Notes under the pieces: generated by a model
What the model was told of the DNA's origin: nothing
What the model saw: only the letters and a program-made list of their open reading frames with translations
Databases searched by the model: none
Part shown: positions 1-8,894 of the stretch, one piece after another
Layout of the letters: every line of letters begins with the position of its first letter
Position numbering within the stretch: position 1 is the first letter of the stretch
Assembly (NCBI GenBank): GCA_017444825.1
Contig: JAFSVU010000054.1
Coordinates: 20,169 to 84,168 of the forward strand
DNA length: 64,000 nt
From: Clostridia bacterium
Lineage (GTDB): Bacteria > Bacillota > Clostridia > UBA1212
Direction of reading: 5' to 3'
Made by a program: the position numbers and the translations under genes

Positions 1-376
1 CCCCGACGCGGCTGCCGCATTGGCGCTTATGATACTCACCGAAGAGGGTCAGCTGGCCTACCACGGACAGGAGGGCGGCGCGGTGCCTAACATCAAGTCG
101 CTGGCTTTCAATAACGATTATTGGCGTGTGCCTTTTACCGACAGGCACGAGGACCCGGAGAACGGTAAAAATTACGATGCGTTTATATCCTTCCCGGAGG
201 CTGACACCTACGCTTTCGTGGAGTGCGTGATCCCGCCGGAGGTCGCAGAAATAGTCAGATTTTACATGCAGAACGTGGTGCCCGACGACGTAAACGGCGA
301 ACGGAGCCTTGAGAACACGTTGACGCTTCTTGAGACCGAAGCCAATGAAAAGTGGGAATCAATTTACAACGGTTGA
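1..376 (+). CDS. 3' end of a gene entering from the left edge; possibly an extracellular solute-binding protein
   Basis: Frame is open from position 2 to the stop at 376. 'AAAALALMILTEEGQ...GGAVPNIKSLA' resembles the C-terminal part of sugar ABC substrate-binding proteins. Confidence 0.4.
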   Translation, partial: PDAAAALALMILTEEGQLAYHGQEGGAVPNIKSLAFNNDYWRVPFTDRHEDPENGKNYDAFISFPEADTYAFVECVIPPEVAEIVRFYMQNVVPDDVNGERSLENTLTLLETEANEKWESIYNG

Positions 377-406
377 TCACAGCAATTGATTAAAGCTGAG
401 AGGAAA

Positions 407-1432
407 ATGTTTGTTATGAAAAAAAGAAGTTTGATAGCATTATTTGCAATGATGCTCGTTTTGATACTGGCTCTTTCGGCCTGCGCTACGGTGCCTTCGG
501 ACAATGCTCCAACGGCGGCGCCGGACGGCGAAACCAATGCCACGGACGCACCTCCCGCGGACCCGACTAAGGATCCCTCCGAGACCCATCCACCCGCCAA
601 AGAGAACGTGGCCAAGGTCATACTCATCCTGGGCCAGTCAAACGCGGTGGGCGCCTCCAGTTCCGTGTACCTGAAGAACAAGGTGGACGCGGACCGGTAT
701 GATCTCATGAGGCGCGACGGTTACGAAAACGTGCGGATCGTGTACCACGCAGGCGAGGATGCCGCCACAAATTACAGGTCGAAGAAGATCGACACCATAT
801 CGTCCGCCAAGCTTTTTGACAAGGTGAAATTCGGGCAGTCTCTCACCACGCCTTACTTCGGCCTTGAGATAGGCATTGCGGAGTATCTCAGCACAGCCCA
901 TCCCGACGAGACTTATTACCTGATAAAGGTTGCGAGGGGCGGCGAGAGCCTCAGCCCCAAATTCCTGGAGGGCGGCGAGCTTTTCGAGAGGGCGATGACC
1001 ATCACCGAAGGTTCCCTGTCCGTTCTGAAAAGGGAGGGCATGACTCCTGAGATCATTGCCATCTGCTGGATGCAGGGCGAAAATGAGGGCAGCGTCAAGT
1101 CTCTGGCCGAGAGCTACGACAAGAGCCTGGAAAAGCTGGTGGAGGCCTTGAGAAGGCGGCTTGCGGAATATGCTCCCTGGAAAGGGATCCCCTTCATCGA
1201 CGGAGGTATATCCACCTACTGGCCTTACTACAAGGAACTCAACCGGAGCAAGATCAACTTTGCGGAGAGATCCGGCAACAACTACTTCATAGACGCGATA
1301 GGTCTCGGGATAACGACCGATCAGGAGCCCCCCGGACAGCCGGACCTTGCCCACCTGGACGCCGAGAGCATGCTGAAGCTGGGCATGGAATTCGGAAAAT
1401 ACGTGGACATGGCCTATGAGAAGGTCAAATAG
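407..1432 (+). CDS. Lipoprotein, sialate O-acetylesterase / SGNH carbohydrate esterase (SASA, DUF303-like)
   Basis: GAGGA RBS before ATG 407, lipobox LSAC, Pro/Thr linker, and motifs GQSN, WMQGENE and DLAH. Confidence 0.8.
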   Translation: MFVMKKRSLIALFAMMLVLILALSACATVPSDNAPTAAPDGETNATDAPPADPTKDPSETHPPAKENVAKVILILGQSNAVGASSSVYLKNKVDADRYDLMRRDGYENVRIVYHAGEDAATNYRSKKIDTISSAKLFDKVKFGQSLTTPYFGLEIGIAEYLSTAHPDETYYLIKVARGGESLSPKFLEGGELFERAMTITEGSLSVLKREGMTPEIIAICWMQGENEGSVKSLAESYDKSLEKLVEALRRRLAEYAPWKGIPFIDGGISTYWPYYKELNRSKINFAERSGNNYFIDAIGLGITTDQEPPGQPDLAHLDAESMLKLGMEFGKYVDMAYEKVK

Positions 1433-1474
1433 AACGGTAAATTTTATGAAATAACCAATGCAATAACCAATGTC

Positions 1475-1498
1475 AGGCGGGCTCCGGCCCGCCTTTTT
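1475..1498 (+). terminator. Intrinsic terminator
   Basis: AGGCGGG-ctccgg-CCCGCCT hairpin followed by a T run; flanked by an inverted ACCAAT/ATTGGT pair. Confidence 0.8.
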
Positions 1499-1502
1499 AT
1501 TG

Positions 1503-1531
1503 GTGCAAACGCGACTTCAAAGTGGTATAAT
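1503..1531 (+). promoter_or_regulatory. Extended -10 sigma-A promoter for the hydratase-cyclophilin operon
   Basis: GTGCAA-17 nt-TATAAT with TG at 1523-1524. Confidence 0.55.
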
Positions 1532-1586
1532 CAAAACGTATGCTTTCATTGAGCATTATCATTCGTATCAGAAAGGCGGTGTCCCA

Positions 1587-3827
1587 GTGATCACACTTAT
1601 CGAAAACGGCGTCTACTACGTGGACGGGACAATACAGGAAAAAGGGCTTCCGGGGGAAAGTGCCCGCGAAGCGTCAAAGAAGACCATAGCTGCAGGCATA
1701 TTGAAGGCCCATGACGAGGGCGACGGCGAGGGTCTGTTAAAGCTCAAATTCGACGCTCTTGCGTCTCACGATATAACTTACGTCGGTATCATCCAGACGG
1801 CCAGAGCCAGCGGGCTGGAAAAATTCCCGGTACCTTACGTGCTTACCAACTGCCACAACAGCCTCTGCGCCGTGGGCGGTACAATAAATGAGGACGACCA
1901 CGTTTTCGGTCTCTCCGCTGCGGTGAAGTACGGCGGCATATTCGTTCCTCCTCACCAGGCGGTCATCCACCAGTACATGCGGGAGATGATGAGCGGCTGC
2001 GGAAAGATGATCATCGGCTCTGACAGCCACACAAGATACGGAGCTCTCGGAACAATGGCCGTGGGCGAGGGAGGCCCGGAGCTTGTAAAGCAGCTCCTGG
2101 GAAGGAAATATGAGATCAAAAAGCCGGACGTGGTATTGGTTTATCTCAAGGGAAAACCGGGCCGCGGAGCAGGTCCCCAGGATATAGCCCTTGCCATCAT
2201 CGGAAAAGTGTTCAAGGCGGGTTTTGTGAAGAACTGCGTCATGGAGTTTGCGGGCCCCGGGATCGCAAATCTTTCGGTGGATTACAGAAACGGTATCGAC
2301 GTTATGACCACGGAGACCGCCTGCCTCAGCTCCATCTGGATGACGGACGAGAAGGTGAAGGATTACTACCGGATCCACGGCAGGGAGCAGGACTATAAAA
2401 AGCTGGAGCCCGGAAACGGCGCTTACTACGACAAGGCCATAGTGGTGGATCTTGACAAGGCGGAGCCAATGATCGCGCTTCCTTTCCACCCGGGCAATGC
2501 CTACACGCTTAAGGATTTCATCGCGAGTGCCGCGGACCTTCTCAGAGAGACCGAAAAACGGGCGTATGACGTGGTGGGCGAGAAGGCAAAGCTGTTCCCT
2601 CTTACATCCAAGGTCAGAAACGGCAAGGTCATGGTGGACCAGGGCGTCATCGCAGGCTGCTCGGGCGGCACCTACGAGAACATAACAAAGGCGTCTCACA
2701 TCTTAAAAGGCGGTTCCACCGGCTCCGGAAGCTACACGTTAAACGTATACCCCGCCAGCCAGCCCGTGAACCTGGCCCTCATGAAGAACGGGGCCATCGC
2801 GGATCTTATGAGCGCAGGCGCAGCGGTGAAGACCGCTTTCTGCGGACCCTGCTTCGGCGCAGGCGACGTTCCTTCGAACAACGCCTTCTCCATAAGGCAC
2901 ACCACCAGAAACTTCCCCAACAGAGAGGGCTCGAGACCTCAGGACGGACAGCTTTCCTGGGTGGCGCTTATGGATGCGATGTCAATTGCCGCGACCTCTG
3001 CGGCGGGCGGTGTGCTCACATCTGCTGCTGACGTTGATTTTGACGACAGTGTTCCCGCTTATCAGTTCGATGACTCAAGCTACAGGGCAAGGGTGTTTAA
3101 CGGTTTCGGCAAAGCCGAGAAAAAAGCCGATCTGGTATTCGGCCCCAATATCACCGACTGGCCCAAGATCCCCGCTCTTGAGGAAAACCTGCTGCTTTCG
3201 GTGGCATCCGTTATCTCCGACGAGGTGACCACCACCGACGAGCTCATCCCCAGCGGAGAGACCTCGTCCTACAGATCGAATCCTCTGAGACTGGCGGAGT
3301 TTGCCCTCTCAAGAAAGGACCCCGCATACGTGGCGGAGGCAAAGAGGGTGGCAAAAGCAAACGAACTGAAGCTGGAGGGCGCCTCCCCGGATATGTTTGA
3401 CGGTATCGAAGGCGCAGACCCGTCGGATACGGCTGTTGCCAGCGTTGTCGTGGCCAAGAGACCCGGCGACGGCTCCGCAAGAGAACAGGCCGCTTCCTGC
3501 CAGAGAGTTCTCGGCGGCGGGGCGAACATTGCCCTTGCATACGCCACAAAGCGCTACAGAAGCAATCTCCTCAACTGGGGCATGCTCCCCTTCATCACCG
3601 ACGACGAGTCGCTGTTTGAGGGCGGTCTCGACAGGGGCGACCGCATATTCATAAAGGGAATAAAGGCCTGGGTAGAAAGCGGACAGGATGGAATAAAGGC
3701 CGAAATATACGGTAAAGAAGGCAAAAAGAAGACTGTGACGCTGACCCTCGGGGACATCACCTCAAGCGAGCGGGAGGTGCTTCTCAAGGGCTGCCTCATG
3801 AACTACTACAAGAGTCAGAACAAATGA
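1587..3827 (+). CDS. Aconitase-family [4Fe-4S] hydratase (YbhJ-like)
   Basis: GTG start after AAAGGCGGT; motifs HDIT, GSDSHTRYG, AGCSGG, CGPCFG, TTRNFPNREG, TTDELIP and GDGSAREQA. Confidence 0.9.
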   Translation: MITLIENGVYYVDGTIQEKGLPGESAREASKKTIAAGILKAHDEGDGEGLLKLKFDALASHDITYVGIIQTARASGLEKFPVPYVLTNCHNSLCAVGGTINEDDHVFGLSAAVKYGGIFVPPHQAVIHQYMREMMSGCGKMIIGSDSHTRYGALGTMAVGEGGPELVKQLLGRKYEIKKPDVVLVYLKGKPGRGAGPQDIALAIIGKVFKAGFVKNCVMEFAGPGIANLSVDYRNGIDVMTTETACLSSIWMTDEKVKDYYRIHGREQDYKKLEPGNGAYYDKAIVVDLDKAEPMIALPFHPGNAYTLKDFIASAADLLRETEKRAYDVVGEKAKLFPLTSKVRNGKVMVDQGVIAGCSGGTYENITKASHILKGGSTGSGSYTLNVYPASQPVNLALMKNGAIADLMSAGAAVKTAFCGPCFGAGDVPSNNAFSIRHTTRNFPNREGSRPQDGQLSWVALMDAMSIAATSAAGGVLTSAADVDFDDSVPAYQFDDSSYRARVFNGFGKAEKKADLVFGPNITDWPKIPALEENLLLSVASVISDEVTTTDELIPSGETSSYRSNPLRLAEFALSRKDPAYVAEAKRVAKANELKLEGASPDMFDGIEGADPSDTAVASVVVAKRPGDGSAREQAASCQRVLGGGANIALAYATKRYRSNLLNWGMLPFITDDESLFEGGLDRGDRIFIKGIKAWVESGQDGIKAEIYGKEGKKKTVTLTLGDITSSEREVLLKGCLMNYYKSQNK

Positions 3828-3865
3828 CCGGGACCGGTCCAACAAGATATAAAGGAGATAACGAC

Positions 3866-4516
3866 ATGAAAAAAATTGCAAAAGCGGCGTCAATGATCCT
3901 TGCGGCGGTATTGGTTATTCTGTGCCTCGCCGGATGCGCCGGAAGCGGAGATGAATACAAAAACGCGCCGCTCCCGATAGTTACCATCGTGGTCAAGGAT
4001 TACGGAACCTTGACGGCGGAGCTTTACCCTGCCATCGCTCCGGAGACTGTCAAGAACTTTATCAGCTTGGCAAACAGCGGCTTCTACAACGGTCTCACCT
4101 TCCACCGCGTGATAAGCGGCTTCATGATCCAGGGCGGCGATCCCAAGGGCAACGGTGGTGGCGGTCCCGGCTACTGCATAAAGGGAGAGTACGAAGCAAA
4201 CGGCTTTAAGAACGAGCTAAAGCACACAAAAGGTGTCCTTTCCATGGCCAGAAAATCAAATCCTTACGTAAAACCCGACCCCTACATGGACAGTGCGGGC
4301 TCCCAGTTCTTTATCATGCAGGCGACGGCGACCCACCTCGACGGAAGCTATGCGGCCTTCGGGAAGGTCATTGACGGACTTGAAATAATCGACACCATCG
4401 CGGGACTCCCCACCGATTCGAACGACAAACCGAGGGTGACCGTTACCATCGAATCCATAACCGTTGACACAAAGGGAATCACGTACGGCGAGCCCAAAAA
4501 GCTTCCCGAAATCTGA
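3866..4516 (+). CDS. Cyclophilin-type peptidyl-prolyl isomerase, lipoprotein
   Basis: AAAGGAGA RBS, lipobox LAGC, FHRVISGFMIQGGDP, SAGSQFFI. Confidence 0.92.
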   Translation: MKKIAKAASMILAAVLVILCLAGCAGSGDEYKNAPLPIVTIVVKDYGTLTAELYPAIAPETVKNFISLANSGFYNGLTFHRVISGFMIQGGDPKGNGGGGPGYCIKGEYEANGFKNELKHTKGVLSMARKSNPYVKPDPYMDSAGSQFFIMQATATHLDGSYAAFGKVIDGLEIIDTIAGLPTDSNDKPRVTVTIESITVDTKGITYGEPKKLPEI

Positions 4517-4535
4517 TATCAAAAAGGAGAAACCA

Positions 4536-5051
4536 ATGAACCCGACAGTAACACTTGCAATAAAAGACCTGGGAACCGTCAAGATAGAGCTTATGCCCGA
4601 CATCGCCCCGAATACAGTGAAGAATTTCATCTCCCTTGTTAACAAGGGCTTCTACGACGGCCTCAGATTCCACCGCGTGATCAGCGGCTTCATGATACAG
4701 GGCGGCGACCCCAAGGGCAACGGCACAGGCGGCCCGGGCTATTCCATCAAGGGCGAGTTCTCCTCCAACGGCTTCGCGAACAGCCTCAAGCACGAGCGCG
4801 GCGTCATCTCGATGGCGAGGGCCATGAACCCCAATTCCGCAGGCTCCCAGTTCTTCATCATGCACAAGGACTCACCCCATCTTGACAGGCAGTACGCGGC
4901 TTTCGGCAAGGTCACAGAGGGCATCGAAGTGGTGGACAAGATCGCTGCGACGCCAACAGACTACTACGACGCGCCTCTTAAGCCTGTGATAATCGAAAAA
5001 GCCGTATGCGATACCTTCGGCGTGGAATACGGCGAGCCGGAGAAGGTCTGA
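4536..5051 (+). CDS. ppiB: Cyclophilin-type peptidyl-prolyl isomerase, cytoplasmic
   Basis: AAGGAG RBS, FHRVISGFMIQGGDP, SMARA..PNSAGSQFFI, no signal peptide. Confidence 0.92.
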   Translation: MNPTVTLAIKDLGTVKIELMPDIAPNTVKNFISLVNKGFYDGLRFHRVISGFMIQGGDPKGNGTGGPGYSIKGEFSSNGFANSLKHERGVISMARAMNPNSAGSQFFIMHKDSPHLDRQYAAFGKVTEGIEVVDKIAATPTDYYDAPLKPVIIEKAVCDTFGVEYGEPEKV

Positions 5052-5123
5052 ACCTCCCGTTTTTTACGGTAAAAACCAATGTGACCGCCCCCGATGGGCG
5101 AAAAAATAGCAAAAAAATAGTGC

Positions 5124-5152
5124 TTGATTTGACGGGACGTGTTTGATATAAT
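5124..5152 (+). promoter_or_regulatory. Sigma-A promoter of rpsF-ssb-rpsR
   Basis: TTGATT-17 nt-TATAAT with extended TG. Confidence 0.75.
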
Positions 5153-5157
5153 ACGTC

Positions 5158-5213
5158 CCGTTCCTTGCCCTCGAGTTGGTTTGAGGGCCGAAAGTCCAGA
5201 AGGAGGTGAAATC
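5158..5213 (+). ncRNA. S6:S18 ribosomal protein leader (autoregulatory cis RNA)
   Basis: TCCTTGCCCTC...GAGGGCCG...AGTCCAGAAGGAGGTG matches the Bacillota rpsF leader pattern: anti-SD pairing, inner stem and conserved CCG. Confidence 0.8.
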
Positions 5214-5504
5214 ATGGTTAAATACGAGACAATGTTTATCGTTAACCCTGAAATCGGTGAAGAAGCGGTGGCCGCTGTAGCCGAGAAATATCAGGGTCTG
5301 ATCGCAGAGAACGGCGAGATCGAGAGCTTTGGCGAGTGGGGCGGAAAGAGAACCCTCAGATACCCCATCAACGATATCAAAGAAGGTTGCTATTATCTCT
5401 GTGTCTTCAAGGCTGAGCCCACATTCCCGGCTGAGCTGGAGAGACTTTACAGGATCAACGACTCCATTCTCAGATTCCTTATCATTAACAAGGACGCTGA
5501 GTGA
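5214..5504 (+). CDS. rpsF: 30S ribosomal protein S6
   Basis: MVKYETMFIVNPE...WGGKRTLRYPIND...ILRFLI; strong SD. Confidence 0.97.
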   Translation: MVKYETMFIVNPEIGEEAVAAVAEKYQGLIAENGEIESFGEWGGKRTLRYPINDIKEGCYYLCVFKAEPTFPAELERLYRINDSILRFLIINKDAE

Positions 5505-5598
5505 TCGGAACCCGGCGTGTATGTTTACACGTAAAAGTAGTATTGGTTAATCAGGCAGTTTAAGAATCAGATAGACAGTTTAGAAGAGGAGAGAAATT

Positions 5599-6048
5599 AT
5601 GAACAGAGTTATTCTTATGGGACGTCTCGCAAGAGATCCTGAACTTAGGTACACACAGTCTAACAACATTGCCCAGTGCAGCTTTACCGTTGCGGTAGAC
5701 AGAATGGGCGGAAAACAGGCCGACGGCACTACAAAAGCAGATTTCATCAACTGCGTCGCATGGCGCCAGACGGGTGAATTCATCAACAGGTATTTTACAA
5801 AAGGAAACAGGATACTTGTGATTGGTTCGCTCCAGATTCGTGATTATACGGACAGAGACGGAAAGAAAGTCTATGTTACAGAAGTTATAGTGGATAACGC
5901 GGAGTTTTGCGAGAGCAAGGCTCAATCTTCATCCTCCTCATCCTTCGGGACAGCCGCTACACCGGCTGATTTCGGCGGTGCGACGGATCCCGCCGGTGGC
6001 GATGCGGGCTACTTCCCGCTGCCCAAGGACGACTTTGTGCCATTCTGA
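5599..6048 (+). CDS. ssb: Single-stranded DNA-binding protein
   Basis: MNRVILMGRLARDPELRYT, ADFINCVAW, acidic tail ending DDFVPF. Confidence 0.97.
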   Translation: MNRVILMGRLARDPELRYTQSNNIAQCSFTVAVDRMGGKQADGTTKADFINCVAWRQTGEFINRYFTKGNRILVIGSLQIRDYTDRDGKKVYVTEVIVDNAEFCESKAQSSSSSSFGTAATPADFGGATDPAGGDAGYFPLPKDDFVPF

Positions 6049-6099
6049 TAGATTGCCGGGTATGCCCGCAAGGGCTTGATTAATTTAGGAGGAACTGTT

Positions 6100-6375
6100 A
6101 TGCCTTACGCAAAAAAAGAAGGTAAAGGTGCCGATAAATACGAGGGTAAGGGCCAGATGAGCAAGAAACCCAGAAAAAAGGTTTGCCGTTTCTGCGCCGA
6201 TAAGACCGAGCATATCGATTACAAGGAATTCCAGAAACTCAGGAACTTTGTTACTGAGAGAGGTAAGATCCTTCCGAGAAGAATGACCGGAACCTGCGCT
6301 AAGCACCAGAGAGAGCTGACAACAGCTGTCAAGAGAGCCAGACACGTTGCGTTGCTGCCGTTTACAGCAGAGTGA
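6100..6375 (+). CDS. rpsR: 30S ribosomal protein S18 (zinc-binding form)
   Basis: KVCRFC...IDYK...[19 protein letters not shown]...ARHVALLPF. Confidence 0.97.
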   Translation: MPYAKKEGKGADKYEGKGQMSKKPRKKVCRFCADKTEHIDYKEFQKLRNFVTERGKILPRRMTGTCAKHQRELTTAVKRARHVALLPFTAE

Positions 6376-6399
6376 TGTAAAGCTCATGTAACAATAGCT

Positions 6400-6437
6400 A
6401 AAAGAGAGATCACAGTGATTTATGGTCTCTCTTTTTT
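6400..6437 (+). terminator. Intrinsic (probably bidirectional) terminator after rpsR
   Basis: AAAAGAGAGATCA...TGGTCTCTCTTTTTT. Confidence 0.8.
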
Positions 6438-6525
6438 ATGCTACTGCGATGGGCTACTATTGCTACATAAATCAATAACACTTTGAAACTTTCACGTCCA
6501 AAACAAAAAGCTCAGCTAAGGGCCC

Positions 6526-7536
6526 CTAAACTTTTTTTTCGCGGGTTTCAGCGATTTCTGAGGGCGCCATGTTTTCCTTCTTCTTTTTCTTTATCACCGT
6601 CAGGACCACAACGACCGCCGCGGCTGTGAACAGGAATATACCCCCGCTCAGATAATACGGCCAAATCACAGGTTTGACGAACGCGTCCGGGAAATGTGTT
6701 TTAAAATCATCAATATTTACGCCGAAATAAAGCTCGATATTTGAATAATCTCCGGTCGCGGGGTGAAATTCAGTTGCGACAGTCTCTGTCATTTCGGATG
6801 ATATTCCGCCGTCTCCATCATTTTCAATAAACTCTTTGATCATGTCAACTGCGCGTTCAAGCTCTTCCCCGACCCGGATTATTCTTTTGCCGTTTGTAAC
6901 ATTTACATCCCAGATAGTATTCATAATCAAATAAAAGAATTCGTCATAATCATCTTTCACATAAAAACAGGTTCCAACATAAGATACATTGACAAGCCTA
7001 ACAAAACGTGGATCTATGATTTCGCTTCTTCCGCTTTTTATCCTTATATCTTCCGCAAAATCAGCATAATTCAATGACATGAGCTCATCCGGATATTCTT
7101 CGTTGATTGTGTCTATTCCCTCCATTCCTTGCCTGATTGCTTTTCCGTTCTTTAACTCAACAACAAGAACCGCACTGTAGAAAGGTTGTGATCTTCCCAT
7201 ATATTGCAGATTTCGCAGGCTGACCGCATACGAATGTTCTCCGCCAGTTGTCACAGGAGAAAGAGCTATTGCGTCCCCGCATTTATATCCTTTCGCGGTT
7301 TCTTTGTCATACAAAATATAATAGTAAAACGGAGTAACAGAACCGGGAACAACACACTCTCTTTCAACATGCGGAAGTATATCAAGCACCGCTTCCTGCT
7401 CTTGTTTTGAAGCATAAACTGTCAGTGTCTTTTCACATTCCCCGTTCACACCAAAGGCAATAGTTGCTGATATTGAAACCACAACCAAAGCCAAACATAG
7501 CGAAGAAAAAAACAGTATTATCTTTTTCATAGCCAT
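6526..7536 (-). CDS. Uncharacterised exported protein with C-terminal membrane anchor (partner copy 2)
   Basis: N-terminal signal peptide, C-terminal TM helix plus poly-Lys, GGAGAGG RBS; paralogue of 7890-8879. Confidence 0.8.
   Translation of the reverse strand: MAMKKIILFFSSLCLALVVVSISATIAFGVNGECEKTLTVYASKQEQEAVLDILPHVERECVVPGSVTPFYYYILYDKETAKGYKCGDAIALSPVTTGGEHSYAVSLRNLQYMGRSQPFYSAVLVVELKNGKAIRQGMEGIDTINEEYPDELMSLNYADFAEDIRIKSGRSEIIDPRFVRLVNVSYVGTCFYVKDDYDEFFYLIMNTIWDVNVTNGKRIIRVGEELERAVDMIKEFIENDGDGGISSEMTETVATEFHPATGDYSNIELYFGVNIDDFKTHFPDAFVKPVIWPYYLSGGIFLFTAAAVVVVLTVIKKKKKENMAPSEIAETREKKV
6546..6896. repeat. Homology block B, copy 2 (3' part of partner gene)
   Basis: Highly similar to 7904-8272 at DNA level, with one internal indel. 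Confidence 0.9.
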
Positions 7537-7549
7537 ATCAATCCTCTCC

Positions 7550-7842
7550 CTAATTACAGATATAAAATTCGTTCATCTTAAACTCGAATCCCCGCAGGTT
7601 AACAAAACCGGACGAAAACAGTTGTTCTTCGGTTAACGCATATGGTTTACCGTTTGCAGGATTCCACAGAGTATAAAATGTTGTTCCTTCATCATAAGAT
7701 TTGCCGGTCGCTACCATAGCATGGCCATACGATTCATTGTTAATCTTTATCATCGCAGAAACATAGACATATCTTCCGTTGTCAAGTTCATTATTGAATG
7801 TGTTTATTAACGAAGGTGTCCAGCCCAGAAGAAAAACTTTTT
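7550..7842 (-). pseudogene. Orphan C-terminal fragment of a papain-like cysteine protease
   Basis: Reads KVFLLGWTPSLINTFNNELDNGRYVYVS-AMIKINNESYGHAMV...LWNP...FYICN. It has no catalytic Cys region and no credible start. Confidence 0.8.
7761..7842. repeat. Homology block A, copy 2
   Basis: 80 of 82 nt identical to 9106-9187 by manual alignment. Confidence 0.92.
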
Positions 7843-7889
7843 GCCTGCCGGCATACTGCCCGTGATCAAAACAGACTGCCTGGAAACTG

Positions 7890-8879
7890 TTACCTTCCTT
7901 CGATTTCAGCGATTTCTGAGGGCGCCATGTTTTTCTTCTTTTTCTTTATCACCGTCAGAACCACAACGACCGCCGCGGCTGAGAACAGGATTATACCCCC
8001 GCTCAGAAAATACGGCCAAATCACAGGTTTGACGAACGCGTCCGGGAAATGAGTTTTAAAATCATCGATATTTACGCCAAAATAAAGCTCAATATTTGAA
8101 TAATCTCCGGTCGCGGGGTGAAATTCAGCTGCGACAGTCTCTGTCATACCGGATGATGTTCCGCCGACTCCACTTCTGATGGATATTAATCTTTCTTTCT
8201 CAATAAACTCTTTGATCGTATCAACTGCGCGTTCGAGCTCTTCCCCGACCCGGATTATTCTTTTGCCGTTTGTTATATCCGTTTCTCCTATATCCCAGAA
8301 GAATTGGTAAAAGAATTCATCCTCACCGTCATTTATGTAAAAGCACAGGCCTGCAGAAGGTATGTGAACAAGACGGACAAATTGCGGATCAATTAACTCA
8401 GTTTTACCGCTCTTGATTCTTATGTCCTCGGCCATAACAGAGTAGTTAACCCCTATGTTAACCTCCGGATGACACTGGAGTACATGTTCCTTTACAAGTC
8501 CGTTCTTAACACTGATATCCATAAGTCCGCTTTTATAATGCTCTCCGTAATATGTGAATTCTTTCAGAGTAACAAGGTACATATGTTCGCCGTTTATTAC
8601 CGAGCTTTTTAACTCAATTTTATCTCCGGCTTTATAACCAACGTCCTTTGCACTGTTATATATGCTGAAAGTGTAGACGGGAGTGATTTCTTCTTGAATA
8701 ACGTAATCCCTTAATGCCGACGGGATTGCCTCCATTATCGCTTCCTGCTCTTCTTTCGATGCATAAACTGTTAGGATCTTTTCACCATTTTCGGCAAAAC
8801 TGATCAGAAAACAGCCTGATATAACTATGATCATGATTACTAAGAAAGATAAAAAAAATGAACATTTATTTTTACGCAT
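7890..8879 (-). CDS. Uncharacterised exported protein with C-terminal membrane anchor (partner copy 1)
   Basis: Signal peptide, C-terminal TM plus poly-Lys; C-terminal ~110 aa nearly identical to 6526-7536 apart from one indel. Confidence 0.8.
   Translation of the reverse strand: MRKNKCSFFLSFLVIMIIVISGCFLISFAENGEKILTVYASKEEQEAIMEAIPSALRDYVIQEEITPVYTFSIYNSAKDVGYKAGDKIELKSSVINGEHMYLVTLKEFTYYGEHYKSGLMDISVKNGLVKEHVLQCHPEVNIGVNYSVMAEDIRIKSGKTELIDPQFVRLVHIPSAGLCFYINDGEDEFFYQFFWDIGETDITNGKRIIRVGEELERAVDTIKEFIEKERLISIRSGVGGTSSGMTETVAAEFHPATGDYSNIELYFGVNIDDFKTHFPDAFVKPVIWPYFLSGGIILFSAAAVVVVLTVIKKKKKNMAPSEIAEIEGR
7904..8272. repeat. Homology block B, copy 1
   Basis: Highly similar to 6546-6896. Confidence 0.9.
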
Positions 8880-8894
8880 TTAACCTACTCTCTT

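Noticed and set aside
1470-1586. Upstream ORF-track starts for the hydratase (likewise rpsF, ispE, fusA2, mutS, gltX, the SDR and others)
   Set aside because: The extensions cross terminators or promoters; downstream starts have an RBS and/or match family N-termini.
7931-7948. A-rich slippery tract that might frameshift partner 1 into the orphan protease fragment
   Set aside because: It simply encodes the poly-Lys stop-transfer signal and is also present in partner 2; there is no supporting structure.
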